Source: an uncultured Candidatus Rokubacteria bacterium | GTDB lineage: Bacteria; Methylomirabilota; Methylomirabilia; Rokubacteriales; CSP1-6 | DNA length: 64,000 nt | Reading direction: 5' to 3' | Assembly (NCBI GenBank): GCA_963762145.1 | Contig: CAVXJS010000007.1 | Span: 256,001-320,000, forward strand | Shown here: positions 1-8,116 of the stretch, in pieces | Numbering within the stretch: position 1 is the first letter of the stretch | Layout: the number at the start of each line of letters is the position of its first letter | Made by a program: the position numbers and the translations under genes | The notes under the pieces: model-generated | What the model was told of the DNA's origin: nothing | Databases searched by the model: none | The model's input: only the letters and a program-made list of their open reading frames with translations

Positions 1-648
1 AAGCGGCCGGAGCGATTCCTCTATCTGGTCTTCAAGCCCAACCCGCGCTCGTGGCTCGTGCTGCGGCGGCTTCGATGCTCTTCGCGGCGGGAGTCGCTGG
101 GCGCTGTGGCTCGCTGGCCGGCCTCATCGGCAGCCTCGTGGCGCTGCACCTGCTGGCCTGGCCGATGGCGGTGGTCGGCGGCGGCGACCGCGGGCTACAG
201 CGCGTTCCTCTTCGGCCAGGCCGAGGGGCGCGACTTCTGGCAGAGCCCGCTGCTGCTGCCGCACCTGCTGGTGGCCGCGCTCGTCGGCGGCTCGGCCAGC
301 CTGCTGCTCGCCGCGCGCGCGCTCGGCAGCGCGTCGTTCATCGTGGGCGGCCTGGGGCTCGTGCTCTGGGCCTCGCTGCTGGTGAGCGCGCTGGTGCTGG
401 GAGCCGAGCTCTTCGGCGCGCACGGCACGGAGGAGGCGCGGCGGGCGGCGCGGCTCCTGACCCACGGGCCCCTGCGCCTGCCGCTCTGGGGCGGCGTGGC
501 GGCCGCGGGCATCGCGCTGCCGCTGGTGCTGCTGCTGAGCGCGTCGGTGCCGTTCGGCTCCGAGCTGGCCGCCGGCCTGGCGCTGGCCGGCCTCTGGCTC
601 TGGGAGGAGCTCTGGATCCGCGCCGGCCAGATGCTCCCGCTCAGCTAG
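1..648 (+). CDS. NrfD/PsrC-family polysulfide reductase-type membrane subunit (5' truncated by window, frameshifted)
   Basis: Hydrophobic ORF with TAGYSAFLFGQAEGRDFWQSPLL and a C-terminal WIRAGQMLPLS; lies directly upstream of a molybdopterin oxidoreductase. Confidence 0.8.
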   Translation, partial: KRPERFLYLVFKPNPRSWLVLRRLRCSSRRESLGAVARWPASSAASWRCTCWPGRWRWSAAATAGYSAFLFGQAEGRDFWQSPLLLPHLLVAALVGGSASLLLAARALGSASFIVGGLGLVLWASLLVSALVLGAELFGAHGTEEARRAARLLTHGPLRLPLWGGVAAAGIALPLVLLLSASVPFGSELAAGLALAGLWLWEELWIRAGQMLPLS

Positions 649-651
649 GCC

Positions 652-732
652 GGGTCAGGTCTTGCATTACGACATTTGCCGCGCGCGAGTGCACACTCGA
701 GGGAGGAAATGTCGTAATGCAAGACCTGACCC
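652..732. repeat. Palindromic element family A, copy 1 (26-bp perfect inverted arms, 29-bp spacer)
   Basis: GGGTCAGGTCTTGCATTACGACATTT (652-677) and its exact reverse complement (707-732); near-identical arms recur at 35376 and 41723. Confidence 0.95.
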
Positions 733-735
733 CAA

Positions 736-3492
736 GTGAGCCGTTGCATCCGGTGGCGCAGCGACTCGCGGCGCCGGCGTCCGGGCTCGAGCGGTTTCCG
801 CCGCCGGCGCGGTGGGACGACTGGGAGGAGTACGACGCGCAAGGCCTGGCCGGCGCAAGGTCAAGCGGCAGTTCCAGCTGATCCCGACCATCTGCTTCAA
901 CTGCGAGGCGGCCTGCGGGCTCCTCGCCTACGTGGATCCGCAGACGCTGCAGATCCAGAAGTTCGAGGGCAACCCGGTGCACCCGGGCAGCCGCGGGCGC
1001 AACTGCGCCAAGGGCCCGGCGACGCTCAACCAGATCACGGATCCCGAGCGCATCCTCTACCCGCTGCGGCGGGCCGGGAAGCGGGGCGAGGGCAAGTGGG
1101 AGCGGGTGACCTGGGACGAGGTCGCTCGACGACATCGGCGGGCGCATCCGGAAGGCCCTGGTCGAGGGCCGCCAGAAGGAGGTCATGTACCACCTCGGGC
1201 GCCCGGGCCACGAGCTGATCTACCTCCAGCGCGTCTTCCACGCCTGGGGGATCGACGGCCACAACAGCCACACCAACGTCTGCTCGGCCTCCGCGCGCGC
1301 GGGCTACGCGTTCTGGCACGGGCTCGACCGGCCCTCGCCCGACCACAGCAAGGCGCGCTTCATCCTGCTGCTCTCCTCGCACCTCGAGGCCGGCCACTAC
1401 TTCAACCCGCACGCCCAGCGCATCATGGACGGCAAGATGGCGGGGGCCAAGATCTGCGTGCTGGATACGCGGCTGAGCAACACCGCGTCGATGGCCGACT
1501 ACTGGCTGTCGCCCTGGCCGGGCACCGAGGCCGCGCTGCTCCTGGCCATCGCGCACTGCATGCTGCGCGACGGCACGTGGGACCGCGAGTTCGTCCGCCG
1601 CTGGGTGAACTGGGAGCAGTACCTGCGTGAAGAGCGGCCGGACCTGCCGGTCACGATCGGCGTCCTTCGAGGACGCGCTCAAGACGCTCTACGCCGAGTA
1701 CACCCCCGCGTTCGCGGAGAGCGAGTCGGGCGTGCCCGCCGCGCGCATCGAGGAGGTGGCGCGCGAGGTCGGCCGCGCGGCCAGCGCGCTCTCCACCCAC
1801 GTCTGGCGCAACGCCGCCGCGGGCAACCTGCACGGCTGGGAAGTCGCGCGGGCGCTCGAGCTGGTGGTGGTGCTGGCGGGCGCGGTGGCCACGCCGGGCG
1901 GCACCGCGCCCTCCGGCTGGAACAAGGCGGTGCCGACCCCGCCGATGATGCCGCCGCCGGGCAAGATCTGGAGCGAGCTCCTGATGCCGCGGGAGTACCC
2001 GCTCGCGTTCTTCGAGATGAGCTTTCTCCTGCCGCACTTCCTGAAGGAAGGCCGCGGCAAGCTCGCGATGTACTTCACCCGCGTCTACAACCCGGTGTGG
2101 ACCAACCCGGACGGCATGTCGTGGATCGAGATGCTGACCGACGAGGCCAAGGTCGAGCGTCACGCCTGCCTCACCCCGACGTGGAGCGAGACCGCATGGT
2201 TCGCCGACTACGTGCTGCCGATGGGGCACGCCTCCGAGCGGCACGATCTCATGAGCCAGGAGACGCACGCCGCGCGCTGGATCGGCTTCCGCCAGCCGGT
2301 GCTGCGGGTGGCGCTCGAGAAGCAGGGCAAGATCTTCGACCTCACCTGGCAGGCGCACGAGGCGGCCGGGCTCGGGCAGGTGTGGGAGGAGGACGAGTTC
2401 TGGATCGAGCTCTCGTGGCGCATCGATCCGGACGGCGCCCTCGGGATCCGCAAGTACTTCGAGTCGCCCTATCGCCCCGGCGAGAAGCTGCGCATCGAGG
2501 AGTTCTACCGCTGGATCTTCGAGCACAGCGTGCCGGGCCTGCCCGCGGCCGCCGAGCGCGAGGGCCTGACCCCGCTCGCGTACATGCGCAAGTTCGGCGC
2601 GTTCCTGGTGCAGGAGAACGTCTACCGCACCCACGAGACGTCGGTCCCCGCGGGGGGAGGGCGTCGAGGTGGACGGGCAGTGGATGGGCGGCTTCCCGAC
2701 CCCGTCGCGCAAGCTCGAGTTCTACTCGAGGACGCTCAAGGACTGGAAGTGGCCGGAGCACGCGGTGCCCACCTACGCGCGCAGCCACGTGCACTGGCGG
2801 GAGATCGAACCGGGCCGCGGGCGAGATGGCGCTCCTGCCCACCTTCCGGCTGCCGACCCTGATCCACTCGCGCTCCGGCAACGCCAAGTGGCTCTACGAG
2901 ATCTCCCACAACAACCCGCTCTGGCTGCATCCCGAGGACGCGGCGCGCTGGGACGTGAAGACCGGCGATCTGCTGAAGGTCACGACCGAGATCGGCCACT
3001 TCGTGGACCGGGTCTGGGTCACCGAGGCGATCCGGCCCGGCGTGCTCGCGTGCTCGCATCATCTGGGACGCTGGCGGCTCGCCGAGCAGACCGGCGGCGA
3101 GCGCTGGTCCACCGCGCTCGTGACGCTCGAGAACTCGCGGCCCGGGGAGTGGCGCCTGCGCCACGTGCACGGGGTGCGGCCCTTCGAGAGCGCGCGACCC
3201 CGATTCGCAGCGCGTGTGGTGGGAGGACGCGGGCGTGCACCAGAACCTGACCTTCCCGGTGCACCCGGACCCGGTGAGCGGCCAGCACTGCTGGCACCAG
3301 AAGGTGACCGTGAGCCGGCCCGGGCCGAACGACCGCTACGGCGACGTGGTCGTGGACACCAACAAGTCCTTCGAGGTCTATCGCAAGTGGCTCGCGATGG
3401 CCCGGCCCGCGCCCGGACCCGACGGGCTGCGCCGGCCGCTCTGGCTGCCGCGCGCGTTCAAGCCCGACGCGTCGGCCTACCGCATCGAGTGA
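736..3492 (+). CDS. Mo/W-bis-PGD oxidoreductase catalytic subunit (Psr/Phs/Soe-like), split by several frameshifts
   Basis: N-terminal 4Fe-4S motif CFNCEAACG...GRNCAKG, NSHTNVCS putative Mo-ligand Cys, WFADYVLP, C-terminal LIHSRSGN..LWLHPEDA; pieces in ORFs 812-1630, 1185-, 1627-2862, 2669- and 3214-3492; start approximate. Confidence 0.85.
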
Positions 3493-3497
3493 AGCCG

Positions 3498-3525
3498 TTG
3501 ACAAGGACGCGATCGAAGGCATCCT
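3498..3525 (+). promoter_or_regulatory. Putative sigma70 promoter for soxY (leaderless)
   Basis: TTGACA-N16-CATCCT, 7 nt before ATG 3533; no clear SD. Confidence 0.5.
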
Positions 3526-3532
3526 GGAAGCC

Positions 3533-4018
3533 ATGACCGCCCGGATCACGCGCCGCGCATGGCTGGGTCTCGCCGCGCTCGCCGCCGCGGTGGCGGGGTG
3601 GCGCCCGCGACCCGCGCGGGCTCAGGGCAACCTCGCCAACCTGGCCCCGGAGGAGCCGATCGCCGAGACGATGAAGCGGCTCTTCGGCGGCCGCTCGATC
3701 AAGAATGGCGCCTCGCTCATCACCATCGACATGCCGCTCATCGCGGAGGACGGCGCCGCGGTGCCGATCGCGGTCGAGGTGAAGTCGCCGATGACCCCGG
3801 AGAATCACGTCAAGGCGCTGTACATCCTGGCCGAGAAGAACCCGCGGCCCCTCAACGTGAAGATCACCCTCACCCCCGCCGCGGGGCAGGCCTACGCGGC
3901 GACCAATCTGCGCCTGGCCGACAGCGGGCCGGTCCGCGTCGTCGCCGAGACCGGCGACGGGACGCTCTGGGCCGCCACCCGCGAGGTCCGCGTCACGGTG
4001 GCGGGCTGCGCGGCCTGA
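3533..4018 (+). CDS. soxY: SoxY-family sulfur carrier protein with Tat signal
   Basis: TRRAWL twin-Arg signal; P.IAEDGA.VP, EKNPRP and TNLRLA motifs; C-terminal VRVTVAGCAA (canonical VKVTIGGCGG). Confidence 0.85.
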   Translation: MTARITRRAWLGLAALAAAVAGWRPRPARAQGNLANLAPEEPIAETMKRLFGGRSIKNGASLITIDMPLIAEDGAAVPIAVEVKSPMTPENHVKALYILAEKNPRPLNVKITLTPAAGQAYAATNLRLADSGPVRVVAETGDGTLWAATREVRVTVAGCAA

Positions 4019-4021
4019 GCC

Positions 4022-4351
4022 ATGGCGGACATCGGGACCGTCAAGCTGGCCGCGCCGGCCAGCGTCCGCCGCGGCAGCGTGGCGCGGGTGCGCGCCCTGG
4101 TCATCCACCCCCAGGAGCGCGTGGAGCGGCAGGGAGGCCGGTCGGTGGATCGCAACTACCGCTTCGTCAACCGCGTCGTGGTAACGTACCTCGGCCGCGA
4201 GGTCGCGGTGATCGAGCCGTCCACGGCGGTCAGCGAGAACCCGACGTTCACGATTCCATTCCGGGCGACCGAGACGGGACCGCTCAAGGTGACGTTCGTC
4301 GATTCGCACGGCGTGAAGTTCGAGGGCACCGCGGAGGTCAAGGTCACGTGA
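4022..4351 (+). CDS. soxZ: SoxZ-family sulfur carrier partner
   Basis: VRALVIHPQE, AVSENP.F.IPF and G.LKVTFVD..G motifs; follows soxY. Confidence 0.85.
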   Translation: MADIGTVKLAAPASVRRGSVARVRALVIHPQERVERQGGRSVDRNYRFVNRVVVTYLGREVAVIEPSTAVSENPTFTIPFRATETGPLKVTFVDSHGVKFEGTAEVKVT

Positions 4352-4890
4352 GACTGGCACTGGGGTTGTTGCTGGCCGGAAGCCTCGCCTGGGCCGCGCC
4401 CGCCGCGGCCGACGACATCGAGCGGTACGCGCGCGAGCTCCAGCTCAACGCGCTACCCGGCGAGCGGGCCCCGGGGTTCTCGCTGCCGAAGGTCGACGGC
4501 GGCAAGACGTCGCTGGCCGAGCAGCAGGGCAAGGTCGTGCTCGTCTACTTCTGGGCCACCTGGTGCGGGTACTGCCGCAAGGAGCTGCCCGTCGCGATCG
4601 AGAAGGTCGTCCGCGAGCGGAAGGGACAGCCCTTCACGGTGCTCGCGGTGAGCATCGAGGAGCCGCGGGATCTGGTGGCCAGCTACGTGAAGGGCGCCGG
4701 CGTGACCTCGTCCGTGCTCCTCGACGGCGACGGGGCGGTCGCGCGGGAGTACCGGGTGCGGGCCACCCCGACCACCATCGTGATCGGCCGCGACGGGCGC
4801 CTGGTCGCCCGGGCCGCGGGCACGCGCGAGTGGGACGGGAAGGTGGGCCGCGCCTTCCTCGACGCCCTGGTGGCCGCGCCGGCGAAGTAG
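4348..4890 (+). CDS. TlpA/ResA-family exported thioredoxin-like disulfide reductase
   Basis: Signal peptide, APGFSLP, GKVVLVYFWATWCGYC, cis-Pro ATPT; GTG start overlaps the soxZ stop. Confidence 0.9.
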   Translation: MRLALGLLLAGSLAWAAPAAADDIERYARELQLNALPGERAPGFSLPKVDGGKTSLAEQQGKVVLVYFWATWCGYCRKELPVAIEKVVRERKGQPFTVLAVSIEEPRDLVASYVKGAGVTSSVLLDGDGAVAREYRVRATPTTIVIGRDGRLVARAAGTREWDGKVGRAFLDALVAAPAK

Positions 4891-4908
4891 TCTCGGGGCC
4901 GCCGACCG

Positions 4909-6654
4909 ATGGCCGCCGATCTCGTCGTCGACTCCCTCGACACCGACATCCTCGTGCTCGGCGCGGGCGGCGCGGGCCTCTGCGCCGCGCTCCACGCCGC
5001 GGACCGCGCGCCCCGGCTCACCGTGACGGTGGCGGTCAAGGGGCTGCTCGGCCGCGCCGGCTGCACCCGCATGGTGCAGGGTGGCTACAACGCGGTCCTC
5101 GCGGCTCCCGACTCGCTCGACGCGCACCTGCTCGACACCCTGCAGGGCGGGGCGTGGATCAACGATCAGGAGCTGGTGTGGACCCTGGTCCACGAGGCGC
5201 CCGGCCGCGTGCTCGAGCTGGAAGCCCGCTACGGCTGCTTCTTCGACCGCCATCCCGACGGGCGGATCCACCAGAAGCCCTTCGCGGGGCAGAGCCACGA
5301 CCGCACCATCCACAAGGGAGACCTCACCGGCATCGAGATCATGAACCGCCTGACCGAGCAGGTCTGGCGGCGCCCGTCCATCCGCCCGCTCGAGGAGCAC
5401 CGCGCGGTGGAGCTGCTGCGCGCCGACGGGGGCCACGTGGGCGGGGTGCTGCTGCTCGACGTGCGCCGCGGCACCTTCCTGGTGGTGCGCAGCCGCGCCA
5501 TCCTGCTCGCGATGGGCGGCGGGCCGACCATGTACAAGGTCATCGCGTGCTCGGCCGACAAGTCCTCCGACGGCATCGCGCTCGGCCTGCGCGCGGGCGT
5601 GCGGCTGCGCGACATGGAGATGGTGCAGTTCCACCCGACCGGGCTCATCGTGCCCAACTCGCTCATGACCGGGGCGCTCCTCGAGGAGGGCCTGCGTGGA
5701 GCGGGCGGCCGCCTGCTGAACGGCCGCGGCGAGCGATTCATGCAGCGCTACGACGCCACGCGCCTCGAGCGGTCCACCCGCGACCTGGTGGCGCGCGCCT
5801 GCCACACCGAGGTGCTGGAGGGCCGCGGCACCGCCAACGGCGGCGTGTGGATCGACGTGTCGCACCTGGGCGCCGAGGTGGTCGAGAAGAGCTTCCGGGG
5901 CATGGTGCGTCGCTGCCGCGACTTCGGCCGCGACCTCGCGCGCGAGCCGGTCGAGGTGGGGCCGACCGCCCACTTCATGATGGGCGGCATCGTGATCGAC
6001 CGCGCCTGCCGCACCGACGTGGAGGGTCTCTTCGCGGCCGGCGAGGACACCGGCGGCGTGCACGGGGCCAACCGGCTCGGCGGCAACGGCGTCGCGGAGT
6101 CCACCGTGTTCGGCGGGATCGCGGGCGACGTGATGGCGGACTGGGTGGTCGGCCGCCCGCTGCCGCAGCTCTCGCGCGCCCACGTGGACGCCGCGGTGGC
6201 GGCCACCACCGCGCCGCTCGAGCGCAGCGAGGGCAGCGAGAGCCTCTACGCGCTGCAGGCGCGGCTCCGGCAGGTCATGTGGGACCACGTGGGGCTGATC
6301 CGCGCGGGCGAGGGCCTCAGGCTGGCGCTGGCCGAGATCGAGGACATCTCGGGCCGCCTCGAGAGCGTCGCGGTGCGGGGCGGCGGGGCCTACAACCTCG
6401 CGTGGCAGGACTGGATCAACCTCCAGAACCAGGCCACCGCCTCGTGGCTCATCGCCCGCAGCGCGCTCGAGCGCACCGAGAGCCGCGGCTCGCACTTCCG
6501 GCGCGACTTCCCCGACACCGCGAGTGAGCCGGTGGCCGTGCTCGCCGGCTTCGCGGACGGCTCGGGCCCGAAGGTGTGGACCGAGCCGGTGCGCTACACG
6601 CGGCTCAAGCCGGATGCCGCGCGCCGGCCCACCACGGTGGACATCGGGGACTGA
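4909..6654 (+). CDS. Sdh/Frd-family flavoprotein subunit, atypical (no covalent-FAD His)
   Basis: GAGGAG, GCTRMVQGGYN, DMEMVQFHPTG, STRDLVAR, HFMMGGI, HGANRLGGN and ESRGSHFR motifs. Confidence 0.9.
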   Translation: MAADLVVDSLDTDILVLGAGGAGLCAALHAADRAPRLTVTVAVKGLLGRAGCTRMVQGGYNAVLAAPDSLDAHLLDTLQGGAWINDQELVWTLVHEAPGRVLELEARYGCFFDRHPDGRIHQKPFAGQSHDRTIHKGDLTGIEIMNRLTEQVWRRPSIRPLEEHRAVELLRADGGHVGGVLLLDVRRGTFLVVRSRAILLAMGGGPTMYKVIACSADKSSDGIALGLRAGVRLRDMEMVQFHPTGLIVPNSLMTGALLEEGLRGAGGRLLNGRGERFMQRYDATRLERSTRDLVARACHTEVLEGRGTANGGVWIDVSHLGAEVVEKSFRGMVRRCRDFGRDLAREPVEVGPTAHFMMGGIVIDRACRTDVEGLFAAGEDTGGVHGANRLGGNGVAESTVFGGIAGDVMADWVVGRPLPQLSRAHVDAAVAATTAPLERSEGSESLYALQARLRQVMWDHVGLIRAGEGLRLALAEIEDISGRLESVAVRGGGAYNLAWQDWINLQNQATASWLIARSALERTESRGSHFRRDFPDTASEPVAVLAGFADGSGPKVWTEPVRYTRLKPDAARRPTTVDIGD

Positions 6655-6983
6655 TGCCGAAGCGCCCCCGGCGGATCCTGCGGCGCCGGTGGGCCACCAC
6701 CGAGGGCTGGCGCGGCACGCGGGCCGGGATGTGGGCCTGGCTGGTGCAGCGCACCGCCGCGGTCGCCCTCCTCGGGGTGATCGTGCTCCACGTGCGCACG
6801 CCGTACTGGCGCGCGGTGCAGGGGGTGCTGCTGGCCCTCGTGCTCGTGCACGGACTGCTCGGCGCGCGGGCGATCCTTCTCGACTTCGGCCTGCCGGTGC
6901 GCTGGCACCGGCTGCTCCTCGTGATCGCGATCGCGCTGGCCGTGCTCATCTTCGCCGCGGTCTGGGGGTGGCGATGGTCCTGA
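6654..6983 (+). CDS. Small SdhC-like cytochrome b membrane anchor (109 aa)
   Basis: Three hydrophobic segments; WAWLVQRT and HGLLGARAILLD resemble SdhC motifs; overlaps the flanking genes. Confidence 0.75.
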   Translation: MPKRPRRILRRRWATTEGWRGTRAGMWAWLVQRTAAVALLGVIVLHVRTPYWRAVQGVLLALVLVHGLLGARAILLDFGLPVRWHRLLLVIAIALAVLIFAAVWGWRWS

Positions 6984-7669
6984 AGGTCTTCCGCTGGTCT
7001 CCCGGCTTCCGGGAGCGGATCCAGCGTTTCTGGGTTCCCGCCCGGGAGGGCATGACGGTGCTCGACGCGCTGGTGGACGCCCAGCGCCGGCTCGATCCGA
7101 CGCTGGCCTTCCGCTATGCCTGCCGCGTCGGCATGTGCGGCTCGTGCGGCATGGTCATCAACGGACGCGAGCGCTGGGCCTGCCGCACCCTGCTCAAGAG
7201 TCTCAAGACCCGAATCGTGACCGTGCGTCCGCTCTACCATTTCCCGCTCGTCCGCGACCTGGTCGTCGACCTGGCGCCGCTCGCGGAGCAGGCCGCGCGG
7301 GTGGGCGCGACCTTCGTGCCGAAGGAGGAGCCGGCCGCCTTCGCCCCGATCGGCGGGCAGGCGCCGGAGCGCCAGGGGATCGATCCCGCGATCGAGTGCA
7401 TCGGCTGCGGCATGTGCGTCTCGGCATGCACCATGGTGGCGAACGACGAGCGCTTCCCGGGCCCCGCGGCGCTGAACCGCCTCTTCACGGTGGACACGGA
7501 CAGCCGCGACGCCGGCCAGGCCGACCGCGCGGCGGTGCTGGTCTCGGAAGACACGCTCATGCGCTGCCACAGCCAGGCGAACTGCACCGACGTCTGCCCG
7601 ATGGAGATCTCGCCGACCGAGTCCATCCTGGCGCTGCGGCGCCGCGCGGTGCGCGGCCTGCTCGGCTGA
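6974..7669 (+). CDS. Sdh/Frd-family iron-sulfur subunit
   Basis: CRVGMCGSC (2Fe-2S), CIGCGMCVSAC (4Fe-4S), CHSQANCTDVCP (3Fe-4S). Confidence 0.92.
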   Translation: MVLKVFRWSPGFRERIQRFWVPAREGMTVLDALVDAQRRLDPTLAFRYACRVGMCGSCGMVINGRERWACRTLLKSLKTRIVTVRPLYHFPLVRDLVVDLAPLAEQAARVGATFVPKEEPAAFAPIGGQAPERQGIDPAIECIGCGMCVSACTMVANDERFPGPAALNRLFTVDTDSRDAGQADRAAVLVSEDTLMRCHSQANCTDVCPMEISPTESILALRRRAVRGLLG

Positions 7670-7681
7670 CCGCGCGGGACG

Positions 7682-8112
7682 GTGAGCCGCCGCGGGCTGC
7701 CTCTTCTGCCGCATCGCGCGCTCGGAAGAGCCGGGCGCCCTCGTGCTCGAGACGCGCGCGGTGGCCGCGTTCCTCGATCACCGGCCGCTGTTCCCCGGCC
7801 ACTGCCTCGTGATCCCGCGCGAGCACGTGGAGACGCATCGTCGACCTGCCCGCCGCGCTGACCGCGCCGCTCTGGGACGCGGTGCGCGCGGTCGCGCGCG
7901 CGGTGGAGGAGGCGCAGGGCGCCGACGGCTCCTTCGTGGCGGTCAACAACCGGGTGAGCCAGAGCGTGCCGCACCTGCACGTGCACGTGGTGCCGCGGCG
8001 GCGGGGCGACGGCCTCCGCGGCTTCTTCTGGCCGCGGGGGCGCTACGGCTCCACGGAGGAGATGGAGGAGACGCGCCGGCGCATCGCGGCCGCGGTGGCG
8101 TCGGCCCCGTGA
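7682..8112 (+). CDS. HIT-family nucleotide hydrolase (frameshifted)
   Basis: CLFCRI, FLDHRPLFPGHCLVIPREH, SQSVPHLHVHVVPR. Confidence 0.9.
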
Positions 8113-8116
8113 GGGC

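Noticed and set aside
4909-6654. APS reductase AprA or L-aspartate oxidase NadB
   Set aside because: It retains the Sdh/Frd QFHPT, HF.MGG and HGANRL motifs and is paired with an SdhB-type three-cluster subunit and a membrane anchor, not AprB or nadA/nadC
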